In this document: positions 19,543 through 30,093 of the stretch, piece after piece
How positions within the stretch are numbered: the stretch's first letter is position 1
How the letters are laid out: each line of letters opens with the position of its first letter
Source of the DNA: Candidatus Bathyarchaeota archaeon
Lineage (GTDB): Archaea; Thermoproteota; Bathyarchaeia; Bathyarchaeales; Bathycorpusculaceae
Length of the DNA stretch: 64,000 bases
Direction of reading: 5' to 3'
Assembly (NCBI GenBank): GCA_963832745.1
Contig: CAWHVC010000001.1
Location: forward strand, 416,001 to 480,000
Program-made: the position numbers and the translations under genes
The notes under the pieces: generated by a model
The model's input: only the letters and a program-made list of their open reading frames with translations
Databases searched by the model: none
What the model was told of the DNA's origin: nothing

Positions 19543-20024
19543 AAAGGCTTAAGCGCAAAACTGCATACTTTCTTTTTGTGATTCTTGTGGTTAGCTTTGA
19601 GAAAGAAATTGAGGAAATGGTAAATCGGGAAACCCATGCTTGGGACACAAAAAATGTAGAGTTGCTGCTTTCACTTTTTCATCCTGACATGGTTTGGCCT
19701 TGGCCACTAAATGCACAGTCGCATAACCCAGTAAATTGGGTTCTTGAAATGGGTAAGTATGATTACGACAGGTGGAAAGGTGGCTGGCAACGCCTTTTTG
19801 ACACGCACACTTTGGCGCATAATAACAGAAAAATCCGGAAAATTGTGGTTTCTAAAGAAGGAAACGGCGGCTTTGCAGTTGTTGACGTTGACACTTTATG
19901 GGTTGATTCTAAAGGCCAGCAAAATCATTGGAAAGGCAGAGCCTGCAAAGTTTACACTAAAATAGGGAACGAATGGAAACTGATTATGCATACTGGGCTA
20001 CTGGATTACACAACAAAAGTTTAA
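19539..20024 (+). CDS. NTF2/SnoaL-like protein
   Basis: AWD..NVELLLSLFHPD and WKLIMHTG; true start probably a downstream GTG. Confidence 0.8.
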   Translation: MKRLKRKTAYFLFVILVVSFEKEIEEMVNRETHAWDTKNVELLLSLFHPDMVWPWPLNAQSHNPVNWVLEMGKYDYDRWKGGWQRLFDTHTLAHNNRKIRKIVVSKEGNGGFAVVDVDTLWVDSKGQQNHWKGRACKVYTKIGNEWKLIMHTGLLDYTTKV

Positions 20025-20064
20025 AGAGCAAAACCTATCTTCCTAAACAGTAAAGTGAGCATTA

Positions 20065-20871
20065 ATGAACGATAAAGTTGCAGTTATCGGCGCAGGCATG
20101 ATGGGAAGCGCCATAATCAAAAGCCTCGTTAAAGGCGGCTATAAAGGCCAAATCACCGCAGTTGATCTTCAAGTTGAGAAGCTTAAAGAGCTTGAAAAAA
20201 TCGGTGTAAAAACTGGTTCAGACAACCAAAAAGCCGCCGCAGACTCAGACATAGTTTTTGTCATCGTTAAACCCGGCGACGTAGAAAAAGTCTTAAAAGA
20301 AACAAGCAAAGAAACAAAAGGCAAACTCGTAATTTCTGTTGCTGCAACCGTGACACTCTCATTTCTGCGTAAACATGCGCCTGAAGCTAAAATTGTGCGT
20401 ATAATGCCTAACTTGGGTGCCATGGTGCAGGCTGCTTACACGGCTTACTGCTGTGAACCAAACGTAACCACCACTGACAAACAAAAAGTCCAAACCATAC
20501 TGAAAATGATGGGCGAATGCGATGAAATGGATGAGAAATACATGGACGCTATTACAGCGGTTAGCGGAAGCGGACCAGGCTACATGTCAATTATTATTGA
20601 AGCTTTAACCTATGCAGGCCTCAAAGTTGGCTTACCCAGAAATATTGCTCTAAAAAGTGCCGCCCAAACGGTTCTTGGCACAGCAAAACTTGTAATTGAC
20701 CTAAACGAAGACCCAGCAAAAATTAAAGACATGACAACAACCCCCGGCGGAACAACCATTGAAGCTATCTACCAAATCGAGCAAAGCCAAATCCGACCCG
20801 CAATGATACGCGCCATCGAAGAAGCCACAAAGAAGAGTGCTCAAATCCGAGAAAAACTTAACCTGACATGA
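20065..20871 (+). CDS. proC: Pyrroline-5-carboxylate reductase
   Basis: IGAGMMG, RIMPN, SGSGPGY and TPGGTT motifs. Confidence 0.96.
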   Translation: MNDKVAVIGAGMMGSAIIKSLVKGGYKGQITAVDLQVEKLKELEKIGVKTGSDNQKAAADSDIVFVIVKPGDVEKVLKETSKETKGKLVISVAATVTLSFLRKHAPEAKIVRIMPNLGAMVQAAYTAYCCEPNVTTTDKQKVQTILKMMGECDEMDEKYMDAITAVSGSGPGYMSIIIEALTYAGLKVGLPRNIALKSAAQTVLGTAKLVIDLNEDPAKIKDMTTTPGGTTIEAIYQIEQSQIRPAMIRAIEEATKKSAQIREKLNLT

Positions 20872-20881
20872 GAACCGCTGA

Positions 20882-21538
20882 ATGTTTGAAGCAGTAATTT
20901 TTGATTGGGACGGGACGCTTGCTGATACGCGGGCGGTCATTGTCTCTTCTTTTAAACAAACTCTACAAGAAGTCGGCATCATCATACCTGACGAGTATAT
21001 TGAGCGGCGAATGGGTATTGGTGCAGCAGAAACTTTTCGTGAAATACTGCGGGAAGCAGATAGACCTGTTGATGAAAAGATAGTTAAGCAGTTAGTTGAA
21101 AATAAAAGTCAACAACAAATCGATCTAAAAGACACAGTGCAACTCTTTCCAGGCGCAGTTGACCTTTTAGAGGCTTTTAAGGGCAAAACCAAGATTGGAT
21201 TAGCTTCAATGAACAGCAAAAAAGTAATCGAAGCCATAATCAAGGCAAAAAGGTTAGAAAAATATTTCCAAATAATAATCACAGCTGAAGCGGTTACACA
21301 TTCTAAGCCTCACCCAGAAATCTTCCTTAAATGCGCACAACAACTAAACACGTTACCCACAAGTTGTGTGGTTGTTGAGGATTCACTTTTCGGGGTTAAA
21401 GCCGCCAAAGCTGCAAACATGAGCTGCATCGCAGTTACAACCGGCGCATACAGCAAACAGGAACTGGAAAAAGAGAAGCCTGACGTGATTGTTGCAAGCC
21501 TAAAAAGTCCTAAAGTGCTTGATTTTGTTTTAAGTTAA
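20882..21538 (+). CDS. HAD-family phosphatase
   Basis: FDWDGTL, SKPHPEIF and VEDS..G..AA motifs. Confidence 0.92.
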   Translation: MFEAVIFDWDGTLADTRAVIVSSFKQTLQEVGIIIPDEYIERRMGIGAAETFREILREADRPVDEKIVKQLVENKSQQQIDLKDTVQLFPGAVDLLEAFKGKTKIGLASMNSKKVIEAIIKAKRLEKYFQIIITAEAVTHSKPHPEIFLKCAQQLNTLPTSCVVVEDSLFGVKAAKAANMSCIAVTTGAYSKQELEKEKPDVIVASLKSPKVLDFVLS

Positions 21539-21562
21539 TAATAACTTGTAGTTGTGTTCAAC

Positions 21563-21580
21563 CAGTCACATAACCTTAAA
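21563..21580 (+). promoter_or_regulatory. Promoter: CAGTCACA-N4-TATA
   Basis: CAGTCACA-TAAC-CTTAAA upstream of ATG 21627. Confidence 0.6.
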
Positions 21581-21626
21581 CGCTTTTGAATGCAAAGATA
21601 GATTTGCGTAAAATACGTGAAATGAC

Positions 21627-21911
21627 ATGAAGGGCTTTACGGGCAACAAAAAATGCAGGAAACCGCTATTCCAAGTGCTACTTTTAGATAACGACACAAG
21701 TCTCAACGTGCAAGTACAAGAAGCCCCAAACGTTAATTATTCAACGGTAAAAGAGCACCTCAAAAACGGCGGAAGCGTGTTTATCACAAGCAAAAAACAA
21801 CAGAAGCCATTACCATCAAAAACAGGCAAAGCTCAACAAAACTACACTGCAACCCGAAGAAACTATGGAGCCCTCATGCAAGAAACGTATGAAAAGCAAA
21901 ATTTTGTGTGA
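21627..21911 (+). CDS. Hypothetical protein (94 aa)
   Basis: ATG start with GTGA SD and its own promoter; no family recognised. Confidence 0.65.
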   Translation: MKGFTGNKKCRKPLFQVLLLDNDTSLNVQVQEAPNVNYSTVKEHLKNGGSVFITSKKQQKPLPSKTGKAQQNYTATRRNYGALMQETYEKQNFV

Positions 21912-21978
21912 CGTGCATCCACTGATTCCCTTTACCCCCCTCTCTCTTCCGTAAACTGATTTTTTGGATGCACGCCAC
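21908..21978 (+). other. Nested stem-loop with C/U-rich apical loop
   Basis: GTGACGTGCATCCA/TGGATGCACGCCAC outer stem (13/14 paired); inner TTTAC/GTAAA stem enclosing CCCCCTCTCTCTTCC. Confidence 0.6.
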
Positions 21979-22318
21979 TCCCGCTAACAAATTATTTTTA
22001 ATTGATGTTTGACGAGTTTTCTCCAAATTTTTCCTAAGAAGTTTGTTCTAAAAAAGTTGAGAGGCGACTTCGTTAGTCGCGTGAAGGAACGTTTTCGGGG
22101 GCTTTTGGGGCTTAATAAGGTGTCCAGTCGGCTACTGAGTCTCTTGTGTTAAGGTTAACTTTTTACATTAAATTGTTTGCGCATAGGTGGCACCTTCAAA
22201 AAAGTCTGTAATGGCAGACTGAAAATATACGATTATGTTGGCGCGTTGGCTGGAAAAACAGCGACAAAGCTTTTGCTAAATCAACGGGGTTTTTGTGAGT
22301 TTTGTTGCTATTTGTCGT

Positions 22319-22336
22319 CAGTCACAAAGGCTTAAG
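22319..22336 (+). promoter_or_regulatory. Promoter: CAGTCACA-N4-TATA
   Basis: CAGTCACA-AAGG-CTTAAG upstream of the pLGIC gene. Confidence 0.6.
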
Positions 22337-22450
22337 AACCAACTAATTCACCATTATTCCAGTAAATAGAGCATTAAACTACTGTTACGGTAGTTTGTCT
22401 AGTTTCTGAAAAAAGCTTCTTGTGGCAAAAAATGGTTAGGGAATATATCT

Positions 22451-23500
22451 TTGAAAAACAAAAAGTCTCGATTAGCCTGTTTTTTGAGTGTTGTTGGCAT
22501 TATTTTGGTTTTATCAACCGTTTTTCTTTTTCCTAATTCAGCAGTTGCAGAAGAAGCAACGCCTCTGAATTCTCAGGATTACCCCGAAATTGTATTGTTG
22601 CAAGTCACGGATAATGCTTCATCGTTTGAAACTAACACGTTATACATGGGTGTTTGGTTGATTAACATTTACGATTATCAATATCTTGCAGGCGATTACA
22701 CGTTTGATTTTTACCTGTTCTTTTTATGGGTTGATAATAGTCCTAACATGACTCAGGTTGATTGGCAAATCGTAAATGGGTACCTAGTTAACCCAACCAC
22801 TCTTGCGGGTGTAGATAGAAACTTAACCGGCCCAATAAAATATGACATTTACAGGGTAACTACCCGTTTAAGCACGCCACCTGACGCCGTCGATTATCCG
22901 TTTGACCCAATTTATATGGGGATAAATTTTGATTTTATAACCCATGGATACTACCAGAAAGTTGTTTGGCTTGAAAACCAAACAGGCATTGATCAGGCTT
23001 TTAGAAATCCTGGGTGGGTAACAACCAACGTTAACTTAACTTCAACAATTCACCAGTACCCATTAAACGTGGATTTACCCCGAGCAAGCATGACTTTAAC
23101 GCAAGTAAGACAAAGAATAGTGCTGAGTATTCAATCCTTTATTCCACCATTAATCTTTGCGATTGTCTCAGGTTTCTCTTTTCTTTTTGGACTCAAAGAT
23201 TCAGGCGCTGTAGCTTTACGTATAGGTTTGAACACTTCAATGTTAGTTACCACGTTGCTGTACAATTTTGCAGCTGCTAATGGTATTCCGCCTGCTTCAA
23301 CTATTACAATTTACGGCATGTTCATTCTTGCGGTGCTCATTTTTATGGTAACTAACCTGATTGTTACAATTGTTGGAATCGTTGATTGGATGCGTTTTAG
23401 GAACGAAAAAACAATCAAGCGTATCAATCAGTGGGGCTTAGTGTTAACCGTCGGTTTACCGATATTACTTTTTTTTATAATGTACTTTTTAAGAGGTTAA
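22451..23500 (+). CDS. Pentameric ligand-gated ion channel homolog (GLIC/ELIC-like, Pro-loop)
   Basis: Signal peptide; beta1-2 MGVWLINI..YTFDFYLFFLWVD; Pro-loop YPFD; GW before beta9; M1 Pro (FIPP); M2 RIGLNTSMLVTTLLYNF; M2-M3 IPPASTIT; four TM helices. Confidence 0.82.
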   Translation: MKNKKSRLACFLSVVGIILVLSTVFLFPNSAVAEEATPLNSQDYPEIVLLQVTDNASSFETNTLYMGVWLINIYDYQYLAGDYTFDFYLFFLWVDNSPNMTQVDWQIVNGYLVNPTTLAGVDRNLTGPIKYDIYRVTTRLSTPPDAVDYPFDPIYMGINFDFITHGYYQKVVWLENQTGIDQAFRNPGWVTTNVNLTSTIHQYPLNVDLPRASMTLTQVRQRIVLSIQSFIPPLIFAIVSGFSFLFGLKDSGAVALRIGLNTSMLVTTLLYNFAAANGIPPASTITIYGMFILAVLIFMVTNLIVTIVGIVDWMRFRNEKTIKRINQWGLVLTVGLPILLFFIMYFLRG

Positions 23501-23507
23501 GCGGAAA

Positions 23508-25008
23508 TTGGCAGAAAAAAGCAGCAAAAAATCGTTTCTAAGCTCAAAAGTTCTTCCCTTGGCGTTAGCACAATTCATCTGCAGTTACGCCGCTTCAAAC
23601 ATGAACGTAGCAATCAGCGATATCGCCCGAGACTTAAACACGGATGTACAAGGCGTCCAGTTGGCAATAACTTTTTTCACTTTAACAATGGCTGCTTTAA
23701 TGATTCCCGGAAGCAAACTCACCGACATTTCAGGAGGCAAAAAAATCTTCCAGAATAGGCCTTATCGTTTATACGTTGGGCGGTTTGTTAGCGGCACTTG
23801 CTCCAGCTTTGAGCATACTGATTTTCGGTTACTCCCTGCTTGAAGGGTTAGGCTCGGCTCTTTTGATTCCCCCCGTTTACATTTTAGTTACTGTTTCCTA
23901 CACGGGGATTGCACGGGCAAGAAACTTGAATCATCAGCGCCGCTGCAGGAATCGGATCAGTAGCTGGGCAGTCAATTGGCGGTATAATCACCACTGCGGT
24001 TAGTTGGCGTGCCTCGTTTTTGGTTCAAGTGCTTGTTGTATTAGCAATTTTACTTCTTACAATGAAAATTATTGAACCAAAAAAGACGGGCCCCAAGCAT
24101 CATTTTGATATTGTCAGCGCCGTTTTGTCAGCACTTGGCTTAGTAATTATTATTATTGGTCTTCAAACAACATCTGCTTACGGCTGGTTCGTTGCATCCA
24201 AAAACTTTGTCGTCAACAACGTTGTCGTTTTGCCCCAGGGCAGCATTTCACCGTTTCTTATTTTCCTTGCCATAGGAGTACTCTTTAACGTTAGGTTTTA
24301 TCTTTCAATCCGTCACAGAGAACGAATCGGCAAAGAACCACTTCTGCAAACACATATTTTGCATAATAAAACTTCTAAACTTGGGTTTAGTTACTCAGAT
24401 TGTTCAGTGGCTGATTCTTCAGGGAAGCTTCTTTGTTATCTCAGTTTTTCTGCAGACAGTACGGGGCTTTACAGCTATAGAAACAGGTTTAATTTTAACT
24501 TCCGCCACCATTGGCGTTTTATTTACTTCAGGCATAGCGGGAAGGCTTGCTAAAAAACAGTCTCAAAGATTAAACATTCGAGGAGGCTCTCATCTTAACC
24601 AATATTGGCATCGTGCTTTTACTTGTTCTTTCAGGATGCCACGTCAAACATATTCTTTTTCTTACTGGATTATTTCTTATCGGAGCTGGCGTAGGCATAA
24701 TGTTAACGTCTTCAGTTAACGTTGTGCAATCTGCTTTTCCTGAAAAAGAACAAGGCGAAATTTCAGGTTTATCCCGAAGCGTCTCGAATTTGGGTTCATC
24801 ACTGGGGGTATCAATAGTCGGTTCAGTTCTGGTTTCTGTTGCAATCCCAAAGAATGAGCCTTACGTTTTAGCACTTGTTGTAATGGTTGCGATTGCAGTG
24901 TTTGGTTTAATTGCAGCAATTCTTATACCTAACACGCCGCCACAAAAAATCGAAAACACACCGTCCAACAAAAAGCCAACCTCTAAAAGCAAACCATGGA
25001 AACAGTGA
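23508..25008 (+). pseudogene. MFS (DHA2-like) transporter pseudogene
   Basis: Five consecutive MFS-like fragments (23508, 23776, 24020, 24381, 24613) in successive +1 frames; at least four frameshifts. Confidence 0.88.
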
Positions 25009-25077
25009 TTGCTAAACAAAGTTATTAGCGTAAAAATCAGCAAATAAGCTAAAAAGCAATTTTCTTTTGTATCGATT

Positions 25078-27225
25078 ATGCACCAACAAACCCATTTATG
25101 CCTAAAAAACAAAAACTATATGGAGTGGGCAGGTTTGATATTGCCCAAAATTGTTTTTTCAGAAAACGAACTTTCAAACTTTGATGATTCAATCCATAAG
25201 GAATGGTTAATCACTAACGGGTTAGGCAGCTACTCGTCTAGCACAATTTTAGGAATAAACACCCGCAAATATCACGCACTGCTTGTTGCTGCGTTGCGAC
25301 CACCCGGAGAGCGAACCGTTTGCTTATCAAAACTTGATGAAGACGTTGAAGTTAATGAAAGCAATTACAGGTTGGGTGCCAACGATTTTCGTAATGGGAT
25401 ATATCCTCAAGGTTACCTCTTTTTAAAAGATTTTTCTGTTTCTCCCTTCCCAACATACCGTTACGTTGCAAATGATGTTGAGCTGCAAAAAACTGTTTTC
25501 TTGCCTTTCGAAAAAAACGCTGTTATAGCGGTTTATTATGTTAACAACCAAGCAGGCACAGATTGTACAATCAAAATTTACCCATTAATATCCTTCAGGC
25601 ACTACCACTACGTAATTGATCGGCAATCACTTCCAGAATTCACCCAGCACAATAACGACAAAGACGTCGAGTTAACCTTCAAAGACCCCTCAGCAACAAT
25701 AATAGCACAAGCAATCAACGGCAAATTTACTGCATCACCACAATGGATAGACGGCATTTTTTATCCAGAAGAAGAAAGCCGCGGTGAATCCAATTTAGAC
25801 GAAGGATACCAACCGGGAACTTTTGAGTTTCAAATACCAAAACATAGCAAAAAAGAATTTGCCATAGTAACGGCAGTCAACTCTGACCCGTATGAAACAA
25901 AAGAAGCGTTAAACAGGTTTGGCTCAAACGTAGATGACATAAAAAGGCTGTTTAGTCAAGAAGTAAAACGCAGGATCAACTACTTAACTGAATTTTATAA
26001 TAACTCAAAAATAATGCCAAGTGACGAGTTAAGCTGGATTCTGCAAGCTGCCAACAGTTTTATTGCTAAAGGGTTAGCTGAACAGCAGAGATTCATTATT
26101 GCAGGTTTTCACTGGTTTGGCAGTTGGGGCAGAGACACTTTTGTTTCTTTGCCTGGACTCATGCTGGTTACAGGCAGGTTTACTGAAGCTCGAAATGTGA
26201 TTTCTGATTACGCAAAATACTGCAATAAAGGCGTTATCCCAAACCTTATTGATGACAAAACAGGCGAACCGTTATACAACACCGTTGACGGCACACTTTG
26301 GTTTATCAATTCACTTCTACAATATCTCAAGTATACAGACGATTACGATTTTGTAAAAAGCAATCTATGGGAAACCTTAACAGGCATAATTGAAAATCAC
26401 CGCAAAGGTACAATTAACGGCATTCACGTAAATACTGACGGATTACTTGCGCATGGTCCCCAACTTACATGGATGGACACTGTAGTAAATGGTGTTCCAT
26501 ACACTCCTCGAGCAGGAAAAGCAATAGAAGTCCAAGCATTATGGTACAACGCTTTACGTACAGTCCAGTTTCTTGCAGAAAGATTCGGGTACAAAAAAAA
26601 TGCAGACGACTATTATTTTATGGCGGAAAGAGCGAGAAAAAGTTTTAACGATAAATTCTGGAACAACCAAGAAAACTGTTTATTTGATGTTATAAGCGAC
26701 GAGGGTCCTGACTATTCTGTGCGGCCTAACCAAGTTATTGCTGCTGCTTTAGATTTTAACATTATCGACAAGCTTAGGGCTAATCAGGTGGTTGATTTTG
26801 TTCAAAGAGAACTTTTCACTCCTGCAGGGTTACGAACGCTTCCACCTAACGATTCACGTTACAAAGGAAACTATGCAGGCAACCGAGAAGACCGAGACCG
26901 CGCATACCATAGTGGTTCAATCTGGCCATGGCAAACAGGACTCTTCACGACAGCTTATCTAAAAGCAAAAGGCTACGCAGAAGTGAATAGGCAGTACGCT
27001 TTGTACTATTTTATACGACCATTATTTACTACTCAGATTCGCCGAGGAGGATTAGGAACAGTTAGCGAAATTTATGATGCCGACGCACCTTACCTTCCGA
27101 GGGGTTGTATAGCTCAAGCATGGAGTGTCGCCGAACCGTTAAGGGCATATGTTGAAGACGTGTCACTAGTTAGACCAAAATTTGAAAGAAAAGTTCTGTC
27201 GGTCTCACTCAGCATCACCGCATAA
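25078..27225 (+). CDS. Glycogen debranching enzyme (amylo-alpha-1,6-glucosidase, GH133-like)
   Basis: EWLITNGLGSY, WFGSWGRDT, QLTWMD, RPNQ and GCIAQAWS motifs; start probably near 25135-25141. Confidence 0.92.
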   Translation: MHQQTHLCLKNKNYMEWAGLILPKIVFSENELSNFDDSIHKEWLITNGLGSYSSSTILGINTRKYHALLVAALRPPGERTVCLSKLDEDVEVNESNYRLGANDFRNGIYPQGYLFLKDFSVSPFPTYRYVANDVELQKTVFLPFEKNAVIAVYYVNNQAGTDCTIKIYPLISFRHYHYVIDRQSLPEFTQHNNDKDVELTFKDPSATIIAQAINGKFTASPQWIDGIFYPEEESRGESNLDEGYQPGTFEFQIPKHSKKEFAIVTAVNSDPYETKEALNRFGSNVDDIKRLFSQEVKRRINYLTEFYNNSKIMPSDELSWILQAANSFIAKGLAEQQRFIIAGFHWFGSWGRDTFVSLPGLMLVTGRFTEARNVISDYAKYCNKGVIPNLIDDKTGEPLYNTVDGTLWFINSLLQYLKYTDDYDFVKSNLWETLTGIIENHRKGTINGIHVNTDGLLAHGPQLTWMDTVVNGVPYTPRAGKAIEVQALWYNALRTVQFLAERFGYKKNADDYYFMAERARKSFNDKFWNNQENCLFDVISDEGPDYSVRPNQVIAAALDFNIIDKLRANQVVDFVQRELFTPAGLRTLPPNDSRYKGNYAGNREDRDRAYHSGSIWPWQTGLFTTAYLKAKGYAEVNRQYALYYFIRPLFTTQIRRGGLGTVSEIYDADAPYLPRGCIAQAWSVAEPLRAYVEDVSLVRPKFERKVLSVSLSITA

Positions 27226-27267
27226 ACAAGCAAATCCAATTTTTTTTAAAAAAAGTTAAGTGGAAGG

Positions 27268-29994
27268 TTAGGTTTTGTTAACCATCCTTCTAAACAAGTA
27301 TCCTTGTCCTTGCGCTATAGCATCTTTAGTTGCTGTTCCATAAAGCTTCAACAGAACAGAGACCAACCCAGTCCAGCCTGTTTGGTGACTTGCGCCAAGA
27401 CCTGCTCCATTGTCGCCATGGAAGTATTCGTAAAACAAGAGGTTATCTTTCCAGTAAGGGTCGGTCTGGAATTTTTCTGTTCCACCATAAACCGGTCGTT
27501 TGCCGTTTTGGTCACGAAGGAAAGTTTTTGTTAGTCTTTTAGCAATTTCTTGGCTAACTTCAAAAAGATTCATCATATTTCCTGAACCTGTTGGGCATTC
27601 AATTTTGAAGCTGTCTCCATAATAAGCGTAATAGTTTAGCAGTGCTCGAAGTATTAGGATGTTAATTGGGAACCATACTGGTCCACGCCAGTTTGAGTTG
27701 CCGCCGAAAGCGCCAGTTATAGATTCTGCAGGAGCATACTCGATTCCTAATGCTTGTCCTGCAAGAGTGACAGAGTAAGGATGTTCAGCGTATGTTCGCG
27801 ACAATGAACGGATTCCGTAGGGACCCAAAAACTCGTTTTCGTCCAACATTCTTGTAAGTACGCGGCGGAGTTTATCTTCGGTAAGCAGACTGAGAAGAAC
27901 AGTTCCGTTTGCCCCTTGTTTGCCCGGGCGATGAATTTTTGTTACAAGTTCAGGATGATTTTTAACAAACCAAGTTACACGTTCAAGAAAATGAGGCATT
28001 TTTTCAATAAGGTCTGGCGTAAAAATACTGTTTGCACATAAAGCGATCAAACCAACCATTGAACGGATTTTAAGCCTAATTGCTCTTCCGTCAACATGCC
28101 GCAGAATATCATAATAGAAACCATCTTCTTCATCCCATAAACCCAGTTTAGTTGTTCCACCATTGTTCATGGCATGTGCAATCCACAGGAAATGTTCAAA
28201 GAATTTTATGGCTTGTTCTTCATATGCAGGATTCTCTTTGGCAAGTGTCGAAGCTAAAGTTAACATGTTTTGGCAGAACATTGCCATCCAAGCGGTACCA
28301 TCTGCTTGATCTAAGCTTACGCCGGGAGGCAGTTTTGCGCTACGGTCGAAAACTCCAATATTGTCAAGGCCCAAGAATCCGCCTTGGAAAACGTTTTTGC
28401 CTGAATCATCCTTCCGATTTACCCACCAGGTAAAATTCATCAACAATTTTTGAAAAGAGTTTTCAAGAAATTCAAGATCCCCCTTGCCGTATAAGGCTTC
28501 TTCAAGATTGTAATTGAAGATTATTGCCCAAGCGTGAACTGGTGGGTTAACGTCGTTAAAGTTCCATTCGTATGCGGGAAATTGGCCGTTCGGGTGTAGA
28601 TAACGTTCGTTAAGCATCAGGTTTAATTGTTGTTTAGCAAATTCAGGATCAACCATTGAAATAGCTACTGTGTGAAAAGCTAAGTCCCAAGCCGCGTACC
28701 AAGGGTATTCCCACTTATCAGGCATTGAGATTACATCGCTGTTTACCATATGGAACCAGTTGATGTTTCTAATTGGTTTTTGGGATTCCGTGTAAAAGTC
28801 TACTTGATGTTCATTTAACCATTTTGCTATGTCATAGTCGTAATATTGTTTGCTCCAAAGCATGCCTGAAAGGGCTTGTCTAAGGACGTTTCTTTCATCG
28901 TCGTTTAATGTTTTTGGGCTTATTAAATCGTAAAATTCGTCTGCTTCTTTTGTGCGAGCCATGAAAAGTTCATCGAAACTGTTACCAAACATGTTCTCTA
29001 AGTCAACATCTCGGGGTTTATCGGTGGTTAGCCTTAACTTTACTGTTACTGACTGTTTTGCTGGCACAGTAAACATGTAATTCGCTGAGGTTTTAGTTCC
29101 GACCTGAGCTGGATTAACGGCATTCTCATCTCCATTAACAACATAATTGTTAATGCCGTCCTTAACGTAAGGTGTAAGGTTATTGGTTCCAAACAGTCGT
29201 CGATTGTTATTTTCATTTTCTGTAAACAACAGCGGAATTGCTCCCTCACAATAAAGGTAACGTTTTCCTAAAAACTGGTGTTCAGCTTCAACCGCGCTGA
29301 CGTTCTGGGACATTTTTAATTCTTTAATTATCGGATGTTCAAGGGGTATTTTGCTGCCATACCATATATTTCGGAACCACAAAGTAGGCATTACTGTTAA
29401 AGGTGCAGCTTGGTTTGAACGGTTGAAAGCAGTTATTTTGATAAAAATGTCTTCGGGCGATTTTTTGGCATATTCAACGTAAACGTCGAAGTATTGGTCT
29501 TGGCTAAAAATGCCAGTATCAATTAATTCATACTCGAATTCATAGCGGCTTCTTGCACGGTTAGTGTTTACAAGGTCAAGATAAGGGTAAGCGTTTTGCG
29601 GGTACTTGTAAAGGTACTTCATGTAGGAATGGGTTGGCGTGTTGTCGAGGTAAAAATAGTATTCCTTAACGTCTTCGCCGTGGTTTCCTTCACTGTTAGT
29701 TAAACCGAAAAGACGCTCCTTGAGAATAGGGTCTTTTCCGTTCCAGAGGGCAACTGAAAAGCATAAGTTTTGCTTGTCGTCACTGATGCCAGCGATACCG
29801 TCTTCACCCCAATGATACGCTCTTGAACGTGACTGGTCGTGTGTAAAATAATTCCATGCAGACCCATCGTTGCTGTAGTCTTCTCTCACGGTGCCCCATT
29901 GTCGCTCGCTCAAATAAGGTCCCCATTTTCGCCAAAGCACATGGTGCAGGCGTGATTCAATCAACCTATCTTTTTCTGAAGTCAAATTACCCAA
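27268..29994 (-). CDS. MGH1-like/GH63 glucosidase
   Basis: WGPYLSERQWGTVREDYS, MPDKWEYPWYAAWDLAFH and GASHQTGWTG motifs. Confidence 0.9.
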   Translation of the reverse strand: MGNLTSEKDRLIESRLHHVLWRKWGPYLSERQWGTVREDYSNDGSAWNYFTHDQSRSRAYHWGEDGIAGISDDKQNLCFSVALWNGKDPILKERLFGLTNSEGNHGEDVKEYYFYLDNTPTHSYMKYLYKYPQNAYPYLDLVNTNRARSRYEFEYELIDTGIFSQDQYFDVYVEYAKKSPEDIFIKITAFNRSNQAAPLTVMPTLWFRNIWYGSKIPLEHPIIKELKMSQNVSAVEAEHQFLGKRYLYCEGAIPLLFTENENNNRRLFGTNNLTPYVKDGINNYVVNGDENAVNPAQVGTKTSANYMFTVPAKQSVTVKLRLTTDKPRDVDLENMFGNSFDELFMARTKEADEFYDLISPKTLNDDERNVLRQALSGMLWSKQYYDYDIAKWLNEHQVDFYTESQKPIRNINWFHMVNSDVISMPDKWEYPWYAAWDLAFHTVAISMVDPEFAKQQLNLMLNERYLHPNGQFPAYEWNFNDVNPPVHAWAIIFNYNLEEALYGKGDLEFLENSFQKLLMNFTWWVNRKDDSGKNVFQGGFLGLDNIGVFDRSAKLPPGVSLDQADGTAWMAMFCQNMLTLASTLAKENPAYEEQAIKFFEHFLWIAHAMNNGGTTKLGLWDEEDGFYYDILRHVDGRAIRLKIRSMVGLIALCANSIFTPDLIEKMPHFLERVTWFVKNHPELVTKIHRPGKQGANGTVLLSLLTEDKLRRVLTRMLDENEFLGPYGIRSLSRTYAEHPYSVTLAGQALGIEYAPAESITGAFGGNSNWRGPVWFPINILILRALLNYYAYYGDSFKIECPTGSGNMMNLFEVSQEIAKRLTKTFLRDQNGKRPVYGGTEKFQTDPYWKDNLLFYEYFHGDNGAGLGASHQTGWTGLVSVLLKLYGTATKDAIAQGQGYLFRRMVNKT

Positions 29995-30035
29995 CTCAAA
30001 AGTAAGTTCCGATTTATCTAGGCGGAAAAGGGCAT

Positions 30036-30053
30036 TATATGAATATGTGACTG
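30036..30053 (-). promoter_or_regulatory. Promoter: CAGTCACA-N4-TATA
   Basis: Minus strand CAGTCACA-TATT-CATATA, about 40 nt upstream of the GH63 start. Confidence 0.55.
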
Positions 30054-30093
30054 TTACTTGTAAACCACATTAAGCAATACTTGTATACCAAAG

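Noticed and set aside
22040-22320. Short hairpins (GCGAC/GTCGC, AGTCTG/CAGACT) as a riboswitch upstream of the ion channel
   Set aside because: They lie upstream of the predicted promoter and match no aptamer I recognise.
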